Source: Vicinamibacterales bacterium (GTDB lineage: Bacteria; Acidobacteriota; Vicinamibacteria; Vicinamibacterales; UBA8438). From it: a stretch of DNA of 64,000 nucleotides. The translations under genes were made by a program, and so were the position numbers. The notes under the pieces are model-generated. The model worked only from the letters and a program-made list of their open reading frames with translations. It was not told the origin of the DNA and searched no databases. The stretch is from positions 884,685 to 948,684 of the forward strand of contig CBDBBK010000002.1 of assembly GCA_965202655.1 (NCBI GenBank), written 5' to 3'. Positions 47,270 through 56,112 of this stretch are shown here, piece after piece (position 1 is the first letter of the stretch; the number at the start of each line of letters is the position of its first letter).

Positions 47270-48997
47270 ATGGCTCGGTGCGCCGGCGGTCATGCCGGTA
47301 GTCCACACCGCCGTCGTGTGACGCTGGGCGCCGGCGTCGGGATCCTGGCTTTCGGCATCGCGGCGTGTGCGCCGGAGATGCCGCTGGCCACGGTCGGCGA
47401 GATTGCCGCAGCCCCCGGCGACCCGGGAATCGCCAGCGCAGCCGGCACGTCGCGCGACGGGCAGCCGATCCGGACGCTCGAGCATGGCGCGCCCTTCGAT
47501 CCTGCACGCTCCGAACCGCGCCTCGTGCTCGTCGGCGGACTCGACGGCAACGCCGACAGTGCCCGCATCGTGAGCGACGCCGTCTACTGGTTCAAGCGCG
47601 AGGCGTCCGACGCCATGCGCTCCGCCTGGCTGGTGAGCGCCCTTCCGCTGGCCGCGCCCTCGAACGACGGATCGCTACGGTCGCCCGACGCCTTCCCGCC
47701 GGTTGACGGCTACTTCGATCACGCCGACCGGCCCGATACGCGCTACGTCTGGCGATGGGTCGCGTATCAGGCGCCGGATCTGGTGGTCGAGGTGCGCGCC
47801 GGCGACAGCCTGCAGATCCGTTCGAGCACGGACGATGACGCTCTGCCAGCGGCGTCACTCGCCGCCGCGCTGGCCGATCCGTCCAGCCAGCCGGGCCTCG
47901 GCCCGGTGGCGACGATGCTGGTCACCGCGCCCGCTTCGGACGGCCCGGAGGTCATGCGGGCGGTGCTCGACCACGCGGCGGAGGGTCGCTCGCCGCTGCG
48001 CGCCACCATCCTCGACCGGATTGCGCGCGAGCCGCTCGACGTCGCGCGCCTGATGGCGCGGCGCTATCCCGGCACGCCCAGCATTAGCTACATCCCGGCG
48101 CTCGCCTGGGTGCATGCACTGCGGGTCGCCGAGATGGACGGCGACGCGTCGTTGCGCGACAAGGTGATGACCGAAGTCCAGCCGTGGCTTTCGGGCGAGC
48201 AGGCGCTGTTCGGCGACCGCGTGTCCTACGCCGCCATCGCCGGCACGATGGTCTTCTCGGAGATCGCCCGCCGGTCGGACGACGCGGCCGAGCGCGAGTC
48301 GGCGCTGGGCCTCGCGGCGGAAGGCGTGGCGCTCGCGGCGGCCGAGACATCGCCGGGCGAGGGGGAGCATGCGTCGGGCTGGAGCGACGACTTCTTTCTG
48401 GGCACGATCGCCGCGGTGCGGGCCGGCGACGCAGACGGTCTGGCTGCCGCGGTTCGGCTCGTCCTGGCCACCGCGGCCCGCCTGCAACAGCCCGATGGAC
48501 TGTTCCATCATGACGTGGAGGCGCCGGTCGCCTGGGGCCGGGGCAATGGTTTCGGCGCCCTCGGCCTCGCGGAACTGCTGACGGTCCTGCCCGACGACCA
48601 TCCGGACCGGGCGGAGATCCTCGACATTCACCGCCGGCATATGGACGGAATGCGCGCGCAGCAGGCTCCGGACGGGATGTGGCGGCAGATCGTGGACGTG
48701 CATGGCAGCTATCGGGAAACCAGCGTCACCGCGATGACGCTGACGGCCATGGCGCGCGGCATCCGCCTCGGCTGGCTCGACGATTCCTACCGCCCGACGG
48801 TCGACCGGGCCTGGCGCGCGCTACTGGCGCACGTGGCGGAGGACGGCACACTGGTCGACGTCTGTTTCAGCACCGGCGCCGGGCCGACGGAGCGCTACTA
48901 CCTGGATCGGCCGGCTGTCAACGGGGCCGACGACCGTGGTGGCGCGATGGTCCTCGGCGCCGCCCTGGAGTACCACGATCTGACCCAGGCTCCCTAG
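47270..48997 (+). CDS. Lipoprotein: M14 carboxypeptidase-like domain fused to GH88/GH105-type (alpha/alpha)6 domain
   Basis: RLVLVGGLDG...TRYVWRWV...PDLVVEV; WSDDFF, WGRGNGF, GMWRQIVD, ETSVTAM, RGIRLGWLD. Confidence 0.7.
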   Translation: MARCAGGHAGSPHRRRVTLGAGVGILAFGIAACAPEMPLATVGEIAAAPGDPGIASAAGTSRDGQPIRTLEHGAPFDPARSEPRLVLVGGLDGNADSARIVSDAVYWFKREASDAMRSAWLVSALPLAAPSNDGSLRSPDAFPPVDGYFDHADRPDTRYVWRWVAYQAPDLVVEVRAGDSLQIRSSTDDDALPAASLAAALADPSSQPGLGPVATMLVTAPASDGPEVMRAVLDHAAEGRSPLRATILDRIAREPLDVARLMARRYPGTPSISYIPALAWVHALRVAEMDGDASLRDKVMTEVQPWLSGEQALFGDRVSYAAIAGTMVFSEIARRSDDAAERESALGLAAEGVALAAAETSPGEGEHASGWSDDFFLGTIAAVRAGDADGLAAAVRLVLATAARLQQPDGLFHHDVEAPVAWGRGNGFGALGLAELLTVLPDDHPDRAEILDIHRRHMDGMRAQQAPDGMWRQIVDVHGSYRETSVTAMTLTAMARGIRLGWLDDSYRPTVDRAWRALLAHVAEDGTLVDVCFSTGAGPTERYYLDRPAVNGADDRGGAMVLGAALEYHDLTQAP

Positions 48998-49046
48998 GAG
49001 CCCGTGGTGAAACCCCCGTTACATTCGAGCGGTGATGCATCCCGGC
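48998..49046 (-). repeat. Partial copy (one end) of the 157-bp MITE family
   Basis: GAGCCCGTGGTGAAACCCCCGTTACATTCGAGCGGTGATGCATCCCGG matches the reverse complement of 39891-39937; follows CTAG containing the upstream stop. Confidence 0.75.
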
Positions 49047-49048
49047 CC

Positions 49049-49588
49049 CTAACCGGGTCGGGTCGCGCCGGCCTCTTCCCGCAGGATGGAGTAGAGCAGT
49101 TGATCCTGCACGACACCGTCCTTGATGGCGCTCCGGCGCAGGCGGCCCTCGAGCTGGTAGCCCACCTTTTCCAGCACGCGGCAGGAAGCCGTGTTCGAGG
49201 CGAAGGGCAGGGCGTACAACCGCTCCAGTTCATAGGCGGCGAAAGCAAAGCGCGTTAACGCCGCCAGCGCGCGCGTGGCGATGCCGCGACCCCAGTACTC
49301 CTCCCCGAGCCAGTACCCGATCTCGGCCGAGCAACGCTCCACGTCGTCGCGCAGGACCACACCGATGACGCCTGCCGGTCGGTCATCCACGGTGATCGCG
49401 AACGCCGTCTCCCGATCCTGCCCGCGCATGAACCCGATAAACCGATGCGCATCGTCGATCGTGTAGGGATGCGGAAACTGGTCCCGCAGTTGCTGCCAGA
49501 CCTTGTGGTTGTTGGCGTGCCGGGCGATCTCCGCGGCGTCGGCGTCGTGAAGCGACCGAACGCCGCAGTGCCCGAGGTCGAGCTGCAT
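49049..49588 (-). CDS. RimJ/RimL-type GNAT acetyltransferase
   Basis: DQFPHPYT; AEIGYWLGEEYWGRGIAT; NTASCRVLEKVGYQLEGRLRRSAIKDG. Confidence 0.92.
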   Translation of the reverse strand: MQLDLGHCGVRSLHDADAAEIARHANNHKVWQQLRDQFPHPYTIDDAHRFIGFMRGQDRETAFAITVDDRPAGVIGVVLRDDVERCSAEIGYWLGEEYWGRGIATRALAALTRFAFAAYELERLYALPFASNTASCRVLEKVGYQLEGRLRRSAIKDGVVQDQLLYSILREEAGATRPG

Positions 49589-49594
49589 GGCTCG

Positions 49595-50575
49595 CTACGA
49601 CCCGAAGCGCGGCGAAACGGGCGAGTCATCGTCGATCGGATAGCCGATCTGCAGTACGCGCAGTCCGTCGGACGCGGAAACGGTGACGTGCTTCACGATC
49701 GGACCATCCGCCTTCGTCGGCGTCGGATGGTCGACCGAGCGCGTCTCTCCGCCAAGCCGCTCGAGGTCTTCGGCGTGCGCCAGATCGGACAGGCGCCGCC
49801 CCGCTGGATCGCTGGAGTATGCGCCGTCGCCACTCCGCGCGGCAGCGTGAATCTCCACCAGCGGCGTCGAGCGCACCATCCGCCGCAACCGGTCGTTGAT
49901 GTCGTCCGCCGGCCAACCCGACGCCTCGGCGCTCGCCACAAACCGCTCCGCGAGGGAAGCCTGCACGATCATGTGCTGGCCGAGGATTCCATCGAAGACG
50001 TTGCGGATTTCCTCGTACGCGCTCGTGTTCCGGAACTCCAGCAGGTCCGGCTCGTCGAACGCGGCCGTCACCGCCGTCATCACGGGCGACACGTAGGTAT
50101 CGCCGATCGCCGCCTGCTCCTCGAACGCGAGCGCGTTGCCTACCTGCACGATGCGGGGACGGTCGACGCCGGAAACCCCGACGTACTTGAAGATCTCGTT
50201 GTCGATCTCGCGGACGCGCGCCTCCTGGGCGACGACGTCGTCGCTCTCCACGCCCGAAGACAGCAGCCGGTAGAAGGCTGACGCCTGCGGCTGCACGGCC
50301 GGATCGGGATCAAAACGGAATGTCTTCGGCGCGCCCGTTTCGTCGCGAACGGTCGTGATGTAAACCACTCCGTCGCTGTCGCTGACCCAGCATTCATCGA
50401 GCACGGTCGCCGCCGCCACCCCGTCGAGCGCGGCGATGACGTCCCCGGCATCCTGCCCGGCCGCATCGGCCGCCGCCACGAGGTGCGCCAGCATGCGCGC
50501 CTGCGCCGTCATGACGCCGTCCAGCATCCCGTCCAGCGCCCGCGCCACTGTAGCCAGCGAAACCTCGTGCGCCAT
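49595..50575 (-). CDS. Stand-alone tandem Cache/PAS-like sensor-domain protein
   Basis: DECWVSDSDG...FRFDPDPAVQPQASAFYRLL...REIDNEIFKYVGVSGVDRPRIVQVG resembles MCP/cyclase sensor modules; internal duplication; no TM or output domain. Confidence 0.55.
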   Translation of the reverse strand: MAHEVSLATVARALDGMLDGVMTAQARMLAHLVAAADAAGQDAGDVIAALDGVAAATVLDECWVSDSDGVVYITTVRDETGAPKTFRFDPDPAVQPQASAFYRLLSSGVESDDVVAQEARVREIDNEIFKYVGVSGVDRPRIVQVGNALAFEEQAAIGDTYVSPVMTAVTAAFDEPDLLEFRNTSAYEEIRNVFDGILGQHMIVQASLAERFVASAEASGWPADDINDRLRRMVRSTPLVEIHAAARSGDGAYSSDPAGRRLSDLAHAEDLERLGGETRSVDHPTPTKADGPIVKHVTVSASDGLRVLQIGYPIDDDSPVSPRFGS

Positions 50576-50639
50576 AAGGACAGGATACAGTCCTTTGGCC
50601 GCGGCCGCGTGTCGATCAGCGCCGGCCCGAAGCACTGTT

Positions 50640-51575
50640 GTGGTTCAGACCAACTGGAGTCGCGCCTGTGTAGCGCTGGCCTTGCGGGAGCTGAGGTTGC
50701 GGCCCCGGAGCGTGGTGGCAGCCCTGGGCGCCGCGCGCTTGCCCGGCGACCGCGGGGAGTTCGCCGACTACTGGCGCGCGGACCGTCTCGATCTCGCCGG
50801 GCCGGATCCGGGCATCGCGTGGGACCGCGCGGAGCGGATCCTGGAGCGCTGCGCGGAACTGGCAATCATCGTCATTGCCTACGGTGACCCGCGCTATCCG
50901 GCGCGGTTGGCGACGCTCCAGGCGCCCGGGCGCCGCCGCGCCGCGACCGGCGGCTACGCTCCGTTTCTGTACTGCAGGGGATCTTTCGCGGGGCTCAACG
51001 ACGGCCGGTCGGTCGCCGTCATCGGCACGCGTCACCCGTCGCCGTTCGGTCGCCGGCAGGCGCGGGTATTCGGTCACGATCTGGCCGCGGAAGGACTCGT
51101 CATCGTCAGCGGGCTTGCGCGGGGATGCGACACGGAGGCTCATTGGGGCTGCCTCGATGCAGGCGGGACCACGGTTGCGGTGCTGGCGCACGGGCTGGAT
51201 TCGGTCTATCCGCCGGAGAACGCGGACCTCGCGGAGCGGCTGACCGCCGCCGGCGGCTGTCTCGTGTCGGAGTACCCGCCCGGCACTCCGCCGCGCCGCC
51301 GGGCTTTCGGTCAACGCGACCGAATCCAGTCCGCCCTGGCGGAGCTGCTCGTCGTTATCGAAACACCGGGGGACGACGGGACGATGATCACCGTCGACCA
51401 CGCGCGGAGGCAACGGCGGCCTGTCGGCTGCCTTGTTCATCCACCGGAACACGCGGGCGCCGAGGCCGCCGCGGGGAATATCCGGCTGTTCTCCGGCGAC
51501 CCCCGCGCGATTCCGCTGCGGACGCCCCGGGATGCGCTGGCGGCGTTGGGCCCTTCCGGGCAGGCCGGGTGTTGA
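50640..51575 (+). CDS. dprA: DprA/Smf (SLOG) family protein, non-canonical
   Basis: YGDPRYPARL; VAVIGTR; IVSGLARGCDTEAH; TVAVLAHGLDSVYPPEN; LVSEYPPG; QRDRIQS; start GTG 50640 inferred. Confidence 0.85.
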   Translation: MVQTNWSRACVALALRELRLRPRSVVAALGAARLPGDRGEFADYWRADRLDLAGPDPGIAWDRAERILERCAELAIIVIAYGDPRYPARLATLQAPGRRRAATGGYAPFLYCRGSFAGLNDGRSVAVIGTRHPSPFGRRQARVFGHDLAAEGLVIVSGLARGCDTEAHWGCLDAGGTTVAVLAHGLDSVYPPENADLAERLTAAGGCLVSEYPPGTPPRRRAFGQRDRIQSALAELLVVIETPGDDGTMITVDHARRQRRPVGCLVHPPEHAGAEAAAGNIRLFSGDPRAIPLRTPRDALAALGPSGQAGC

Positions 51576-51595
51576 CTTCGCGGGCCGGGAAATCG

Positions 51596-53041
51596 CTACG
51601 GCGACAGGTCGAAGGCGGCCATCTGCCGGGTGTTGCGGACGAGGATGCGTCCGTCCGCCATGGCGGGAACGTTCCAGGTCTTTCCGTCGATGGCTTCGAA
51701 TCCGGCCACTTCCTCGTGGCCGTCCGGTGTGGCCCGCACCAGCACCAGTTCGCCATGCTCGGTGAGCACTACCAGATGATCGCCGGCGGCCAGGAGCTGG
51801 CCGTAGCCGTAGCGGCCGCCCTTCCACATCAACTCGCCGGTGGCGGCGTCGATGCAGGCGAGGATCGATTCGTCGAGACCGTAGATGTAGCCGTCGATCA
51901 GGACGGAACTGGCGAACTTGTTCTTCATCCGGTTCGTTTCCCAGACCGTCGCCGCCTGGAAGCGATCGCCGTCCGGGGTCAGCTCGACGAGCGCCGCGCC
52001 CTTTCCGTAACTGGCCGAGAGGAAGAGCCGCGTGTCATTGACGACGAGCGGCTGGGCCATGTTCGGCACGACGGGCACGGACCAGGGGTACTCCCACAGC
52101 AGGCTCCCGTCTTCCGGCCGCAGTCCGGCGGCCCGCTCGGCCGTCACCACGACAATCTGCCGTACGCCGCCCAACGTCGCCAGCATCGGTGACGTGTAAC
52201 TCTGCACGTCGTCCAGCCCGTGCCAGACGACGGCGCCGGTCAGGCGGTCATAGGCGGCGATCGACCAGCCGCGCGTGCCTCCCGGCTGCACCACGACCAG
52301 ATCGTCGACGACGAGCGGCGCGCCGGACATTGCCCAGGGGAGGTTGGAGGCGCCCGCGTCGGCGAGGATGTCCCGTTCCCACACGACCTCGCCGGTGGCG
52401 GCGTCGAGGCTGACGAACCGGCCGGTCGCCCCCAGGGCGTAGAGCCGGCCGTCGTGCCAGGTCGGCGTCGCCCGCGGTCCCGGGCCGCCCATCGTTTCCC
52501 GGAAGTGCGCGGACCAGGTGTGGGTCCAGACCTCGATCCCCGTGTCGACGTCGTAGGCCGCGACCACCTCTTCGTCCCGGCGCTGCTCGATGGTGAACGC
52601 CCGTCCGCCGGCGATGACGAACGACGCGTAGCCACCCCCTACGGGCTGGTTCCAGAGCGGCTCCAGTCCCGTGCCGGGCCAGTCGGTGCGTATGGCGGTC
52701 TCCGTGTAGAGCCCGTCGCGGTGCGGGCCGCGGAAGTCCGTCCAGTAAGCGCCGGATCCCGCGCGATCCGCGCTGGACGGGGCGGCCGTCGCGGGCGGTG
52801 CGGCATCCTCGCCGCGCCCCGGCGCGTCCGCGGGCGGCGTGGTCGGGTCGCGGCTGCCGCGATCGGCCTCCAGGGCGGCGAAGTGCGCGTCCGGCGTGCC
52901 GAAGGAGAAGATTGGCCGCATGCCGCTGCCGGCGAACTCGATCTGCATGTCGAAAGCGACCACCAGCAGGACCAGGACTCCGGCGGCGAACGCCGCGAGG
53001 ACGATGATGGCCGCCAGGGCTCGCGACAGCAGTCTTCCCAT
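51596..53041 (-). CDS. PQQ-like beta-propeller (BamB-like) membrane-anchored protein
   Basis: WTDFRGPHRDG; GGGYASFVI; GPRATPT; SYTSPM; GGRYGYGQ; KTWNVPA. Confidence 0.85.
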   Translation of the reverse strand: MGRLLSRALAAIIVLAAFAAGVLVLLVVAFDMQIEFAGSGMRPIFSFGTPDAHFAALEADRGSRDPTTPPADAPGRGEDAAPPATAAPSSADRAGSGAYWTDFRGPHRDGLYTETAIRTDWPGTGLEPLWNQPVGGGYASFVIAGGRAFTIEQRRDEEVVAAYDVDTGIEVWTHTWSAHFRETMGGPGPRATPTWHDGRLYALGATGRFVSLDAATGEVVWERDILADAGASNLPWAMSGAPLVVDDLVVVQPGGTRGWSIAAYDRLTGAVVWHGLDDVQSYTSPMLATLGGVRQIVVVTAERAAGLRPEDGSLLWEYPWSVPVVPNMAQPLVVNDTRLFLSASYGKGAALVELTPDGDRFQAATVWETNRMKNKFASSVLIDGYIYGLDESILACIDAATGELMWKGGRYGYGQLLAAGDHLVVLTEHGELVLVRATPDGHEEVAGFEAIDGKTWNVPAMADGRILVRNTRQMAAFDLSP

Positions 53042-53042
53042 G

Positions 53043-54242
53043 TCACGAGCATACCGCGCCGCGCGCATGATGCCGGGGTGGCTGGTGCGCCGGCAGGCGG
53101 TTCAGGTGGTGGGCCAGCGCCTCGAGGCTGGCGAGGTTGTGGACGGGCAGGAAGTCGTCGATCTCCGGCAGCGCGGCCTGCATGCCGCGAGTGAGCGGCA
53201 GGTAGTCCGGCGATCCGAGGAGCGGATTGAGCCAGATCAGGCGATGGCACGACCGGTGCAGGCGCGCCATCTCGGTGCGGAGGCTTTCCGGCTCGCCGCG
53301 GTCCCAGCCGTCGGATATCAACAGCACGATCGGGCCCTGACCGCGCACGCGCCGCGCCCACTCGGTGTTGAAGGTGTGCAGCGAGTCGCCGATGCGGGTG
53401 CCGCCGCCGAAGTCGCCGATCGTCCGGGGAAGCGACGGGACCACCGCCGTGGCGGCACGGCGCGCCGTCAACTGGCGCGTGATACGGGTCAGCCGGGTGG
53501 CGAAGACGAACGACTCCACGCGCCCCAGGCGCCCGCCGCCGGATAGCGCATGCACGAAATGGAGCAGCATGCGGCTGTAGCGCTCCATCGATCCGCTCAC
53601 GTCGCACAGCAGGATCAACGGGCGCCGCTTCGTCTTCCGCCGGCGCGACGGCAGGTCAATCAACTCCCCGCCGTGCCGCATGTTCCGGCGAACGGCGCGC
53701 CGCAGGTCAAGGGCCGGCCCCTTGCCCGGCATCCACCGCCTGGAGCGCCGCTCGCCCAGCTCCCAGTCGAGCGCCGCCATCATCCGTTCGGCTTCCGCCA
53801 CCTCGGCTTCGGTGAACTGCTCGAAGTCCTTTGCCCAGAGTCCGTCGCGATCGCTGTAGCTGAGCGCCGCCATCCGTTCCACGTGGTACCGCGGCGGCGC
53901 TTCTTCGGCCCCTTCGCCGCCGGGCGACGCATCCGGCGGCAGTTCCGATTCGTATTCCGGCTTTCCCGACCGCCGTTTCTCGCCCATCGCCCGGAGATCG
54001 GATTCCGTCCAGTCCCCGTGCGGCCGGCGCCAGAACACGCGGAACGCCTCGTCGAACAACGGAAGGTCGTCGACGCGGTGAATCAGCAGGCAGCGGAGCG
54101 CGTGGTAGAACTCCGACCGCTGTCCGATGTCGATGTGGCGCAGGGCCACGGCCACGTTCCGCGCGCGGCCGGCCTGCACGTCGAGCCCCAGTCGATGGAG
54201 CAGCCGCGTGAAGTGCAGGAGGTTCCGCAGGAGGGAGGACAT
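53043..54242 (-). CDS. coxE: VWA-domain CoxE-like protein
   Basis: LLCDVSGSMERYSR; FVFATRLTRIT; GGGTRIGDSL; ISDGWDRG; LIWLNPLLG; RGMQAALP. Confidence 0.93.
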   Translation of the reverse strand: MSSLLRNLLHFTRLLHRLGLDVQAGRARNVAVALRHIDIGQRSEFYHALRCLLIHRVDDLPLFDEAFRVFWRRPHGDWTESDLRAMGEKRRSGKPEYESELPPDASPGGEGAEEAPPRYHVERMAALSYSDRDGLWAKDFEQFTEAEVAEAERMMAALDWELGERRSRRWMPGKGPALDLRRAVRRNMRHGGELIDLPSRRRKTKRRPLILLCDVSGSMERYSRMLLHFVHALSGGGRLGRVESFVFATRLTRITRQLTARRAATAVVPSLPRTIGDFGGGTRIGDSLHTFNTEWARRVRGQGPIVLLISDGWDRGEPESLRTEMARLHRSCHRLIWLNPLLGSPDYLPLTRGMQAALPEIDDFLPVHNLASLEALAHHLNRLPAHQPPRHHARGAVCS

Positions 54243-54257
54243 GCGGCGCGGAGGCGG

Positions 54258-55223
54258 TCAGTTGGCCAGCGTGCCGGGAGCCTTGGCCCGGTTGAGCATC
54301 TGCTGAATCCGTTCGCCGCGGATGGACTGCATGTCTTCCTGGGTCTTGAGGACCATGCCGAGCGTCCGGTCGATGGTCTCGGCGTCCAGCTCCTGCCGGT
54401 CGAGGGCGACGAGGGCGGCGACCCAGTCGAGCGTCTCCGAGACGCCGGTCACCTTGTACAGGTCGGCCTCTCGCAGTTCCTGGACGAATCGGGTGACCTG
54501 CTCGGCCAGCGTCTCGGGCGCGTCCGGCAGCTTCGTGGTGATGATCCGCAGCTCCTTCTCGAAGCTTGGATAGTCGATCCAGGCATAGACGCAGCGGCGC
54601 TTCAGGGCGTCGTGCAGCTCGCGGGTCCGGTTGGACGTGATCACGACGACCGGCGGGGCCTCCGCCCGGATGGCGCCCAGTTCCGGAATGGTGATCTGAA
54701 AGTCGGAGAGCAGTTCCAGCAGGTAGCCTTCGAACTCCTCGTCGGCCCGGTCGAGTTCGTCGATCAGCAGCACGGGCGGACGTGCGCGGCCTCCGCGCAG
54801 CGCCTGCAGCAGCGGCCGTTCGATCAGGAAGTCGGGGCCGAACAGGTCACGGGCGCGCAGCGACTCCCGCTCCGGCTTCGCTTTCTTCTTCCCGCCGTCG
54901 GCCTTCGCGCCGGCCTTCATCCCGTCCGAGGCCTCCGCCAGGCGTATCCCGATGAGCTGGCGCGCGTAGTTCCACTCGTAGACCGCGTGCGTGACGTCCA
55001 GGCCTTCGTAGCATTGGAGGCGGATTAACTCGGAGCCCAGCCCGCCCGCGAGCACCTTCGCCACCTCCGTCTTGCCCACGCCGGCCTCGCCCTCCAGCAG
55101 CAGGGGACGCCGCAGCTTGAGCGCGAGATAGATGGAGGTGGCGAGACCGTCGTCGGCGACGTACAACTGCTCCGTCAGGAGCCGCTGCAGTTCGTCGATG
55201 GAGTTGGGCGTCGTTGGGGGCAT
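54258..55223 (-). CDS. coxD: MoxR-type AAA+ ATPase, CoxD-like
   Basis: LLLEGEAGVGKTE; RLQCYEGLD; LLIDELDRAD; TSNRTRELHDALKRRC; GVSETLDW. Confidence 0.93.
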   Translation of the reverse strand: MPPTTPNSIDELQRLLTEQLYVADDGLATSIYLALKLRRPLLLEGEAGVGKTEVAKVLAGGLGSELIRLQCYEGLDVTHAVYEWNYARQLIGIRLAEASDGMKAGAKADGGKKKAKPERESLRARDLFGPDFLIERPLLQALRGGRARPPVLLIDELDRADEEFEGYLLELLSDFQITIPELGAIRAEAPPVVVITSNRTRELHDALKRRCVYAWIDYPSFEKELRIITTKLPDAPETLAEQVTRFVQELREADLYKVTGVSETLDWVAALVALDRQELDAETIDRTLGMVLKTQEDMQSIRGERIQQMLNRAKAPGTLAN

Positions 55224-55243
55224 TCCGGACGAGGCGTCGAGGC

Positions 55244-56110
55244 CTACCCGGCCCGTTCCGCGGCGGCGGTGAGCGCGCGGCGAACGTAGACGGAAGCAAC
55301 GGCCTTGCGGTAGTCGGCCGAGGCGAACACGTCGCCAATCAGATCGTCGCCCACGTCACCCGCAACCGCCTCGGCGGCGGCCGCGATCGTGTCCGCCGTC
55401 AGGGCTTGGCCGGAGAGCGCGCCTTCCACCCCGGCGCAGCGCACGGGCGCCGGCGTCAGGCCGCCGACGGCCACCGACGCGCCCGAGCAGCTCCCGTTGC
55501 TGGCCGTCACGCAGGCCGCCGCACCCACCACGGCGTAACGCGACGCCGGATGCGGGAACTTGGCGTAGGCGCTGCCGCTGCCGGCGCCGCCGGACGGAAC
55601 GGTGATCGCGGTGAGCACCTCGTTCTCGCCGAGCGCCGTCATCATCAGTCCCTGGAAGAAACCGTCCGCCGCCACGGACCGCTCGCCGCCGGAGCCGACA
55701 ACGCTCAGCGTCGCGCCGAGCGCAGCCAGGACCGTCGGCAGGTCGGACGCGGGGTCGGCGTGGGCCAGGTTGCCGCCGATGGTGCCGCGGTTGCGCACCG
55801 CCGGGTCTCCAATCTGGCCCGCCGCCTCGGCCAGGGCGGCGGCGTGCTGCTGCACGTCGGACGATGCGGCGATCTCGGCGTGCGTCGTCAGCGCGCCGAT
55901 CCGCAGTCCGTCGCTGCCCGCCGAGATGCCGCGCAGCTCGGCGACGCGGCCGATGTCGATTACCGCGGACGGCGCCGCAAGGCGCAGCTTCAGCAGCGGA
56001 ATCAGGCTGTGGCCGCCCGCCAGCAGCTTCGCCCCCGGATGCTCTGCGAGCAGCCGGCCGGCATCGGCGACCGAACTGGCGCGGTAATAGTCGAAATTGG
56101 CAGCAAACAT
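55244..56110 (-). CDS. coxM: Mo-hydroxylase FAD-binding medium subunit
   Basis: AGGHSLIPLLKLRLA; IGALTTH; IGDPAVRNRGTIGGNLAHADPASD; YAKF. Confidence 0.92.
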   Translation of the reverse strand: MFAANFDYYRASSVADAGRLLAEHPGAKLLAGGHSLIPLLKLRLAAPSAVIDIGRVAELRGISAGSDGLRIGALTTHAEIAASSDVQQHAAALAEAAGQIGDPAVRNRGTIGGNLAHADPASDLPTVLAALGATLSVVGSGGERSVAADGFFQGLMMTALGENEVLTAITVPSGGAGSGSAYAKFPHPASRYAVVGAAACVTASNGSCSGASVAVGGLTPAPVRCAGVEGALSGQALTADTIAAAAEAVAGDVGDDLIGDVFASADYRKAVASVYVRRALTAAAERAG

Positions 56111-56112
56111 GG

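Noticed and set aside
51576-51595. CTTCGCGGGCCGGGAAAT as a sixth double-hairpin repeat copy
   Set aside because: Similarity is too weak; no GTRG tag and no second hairpin.
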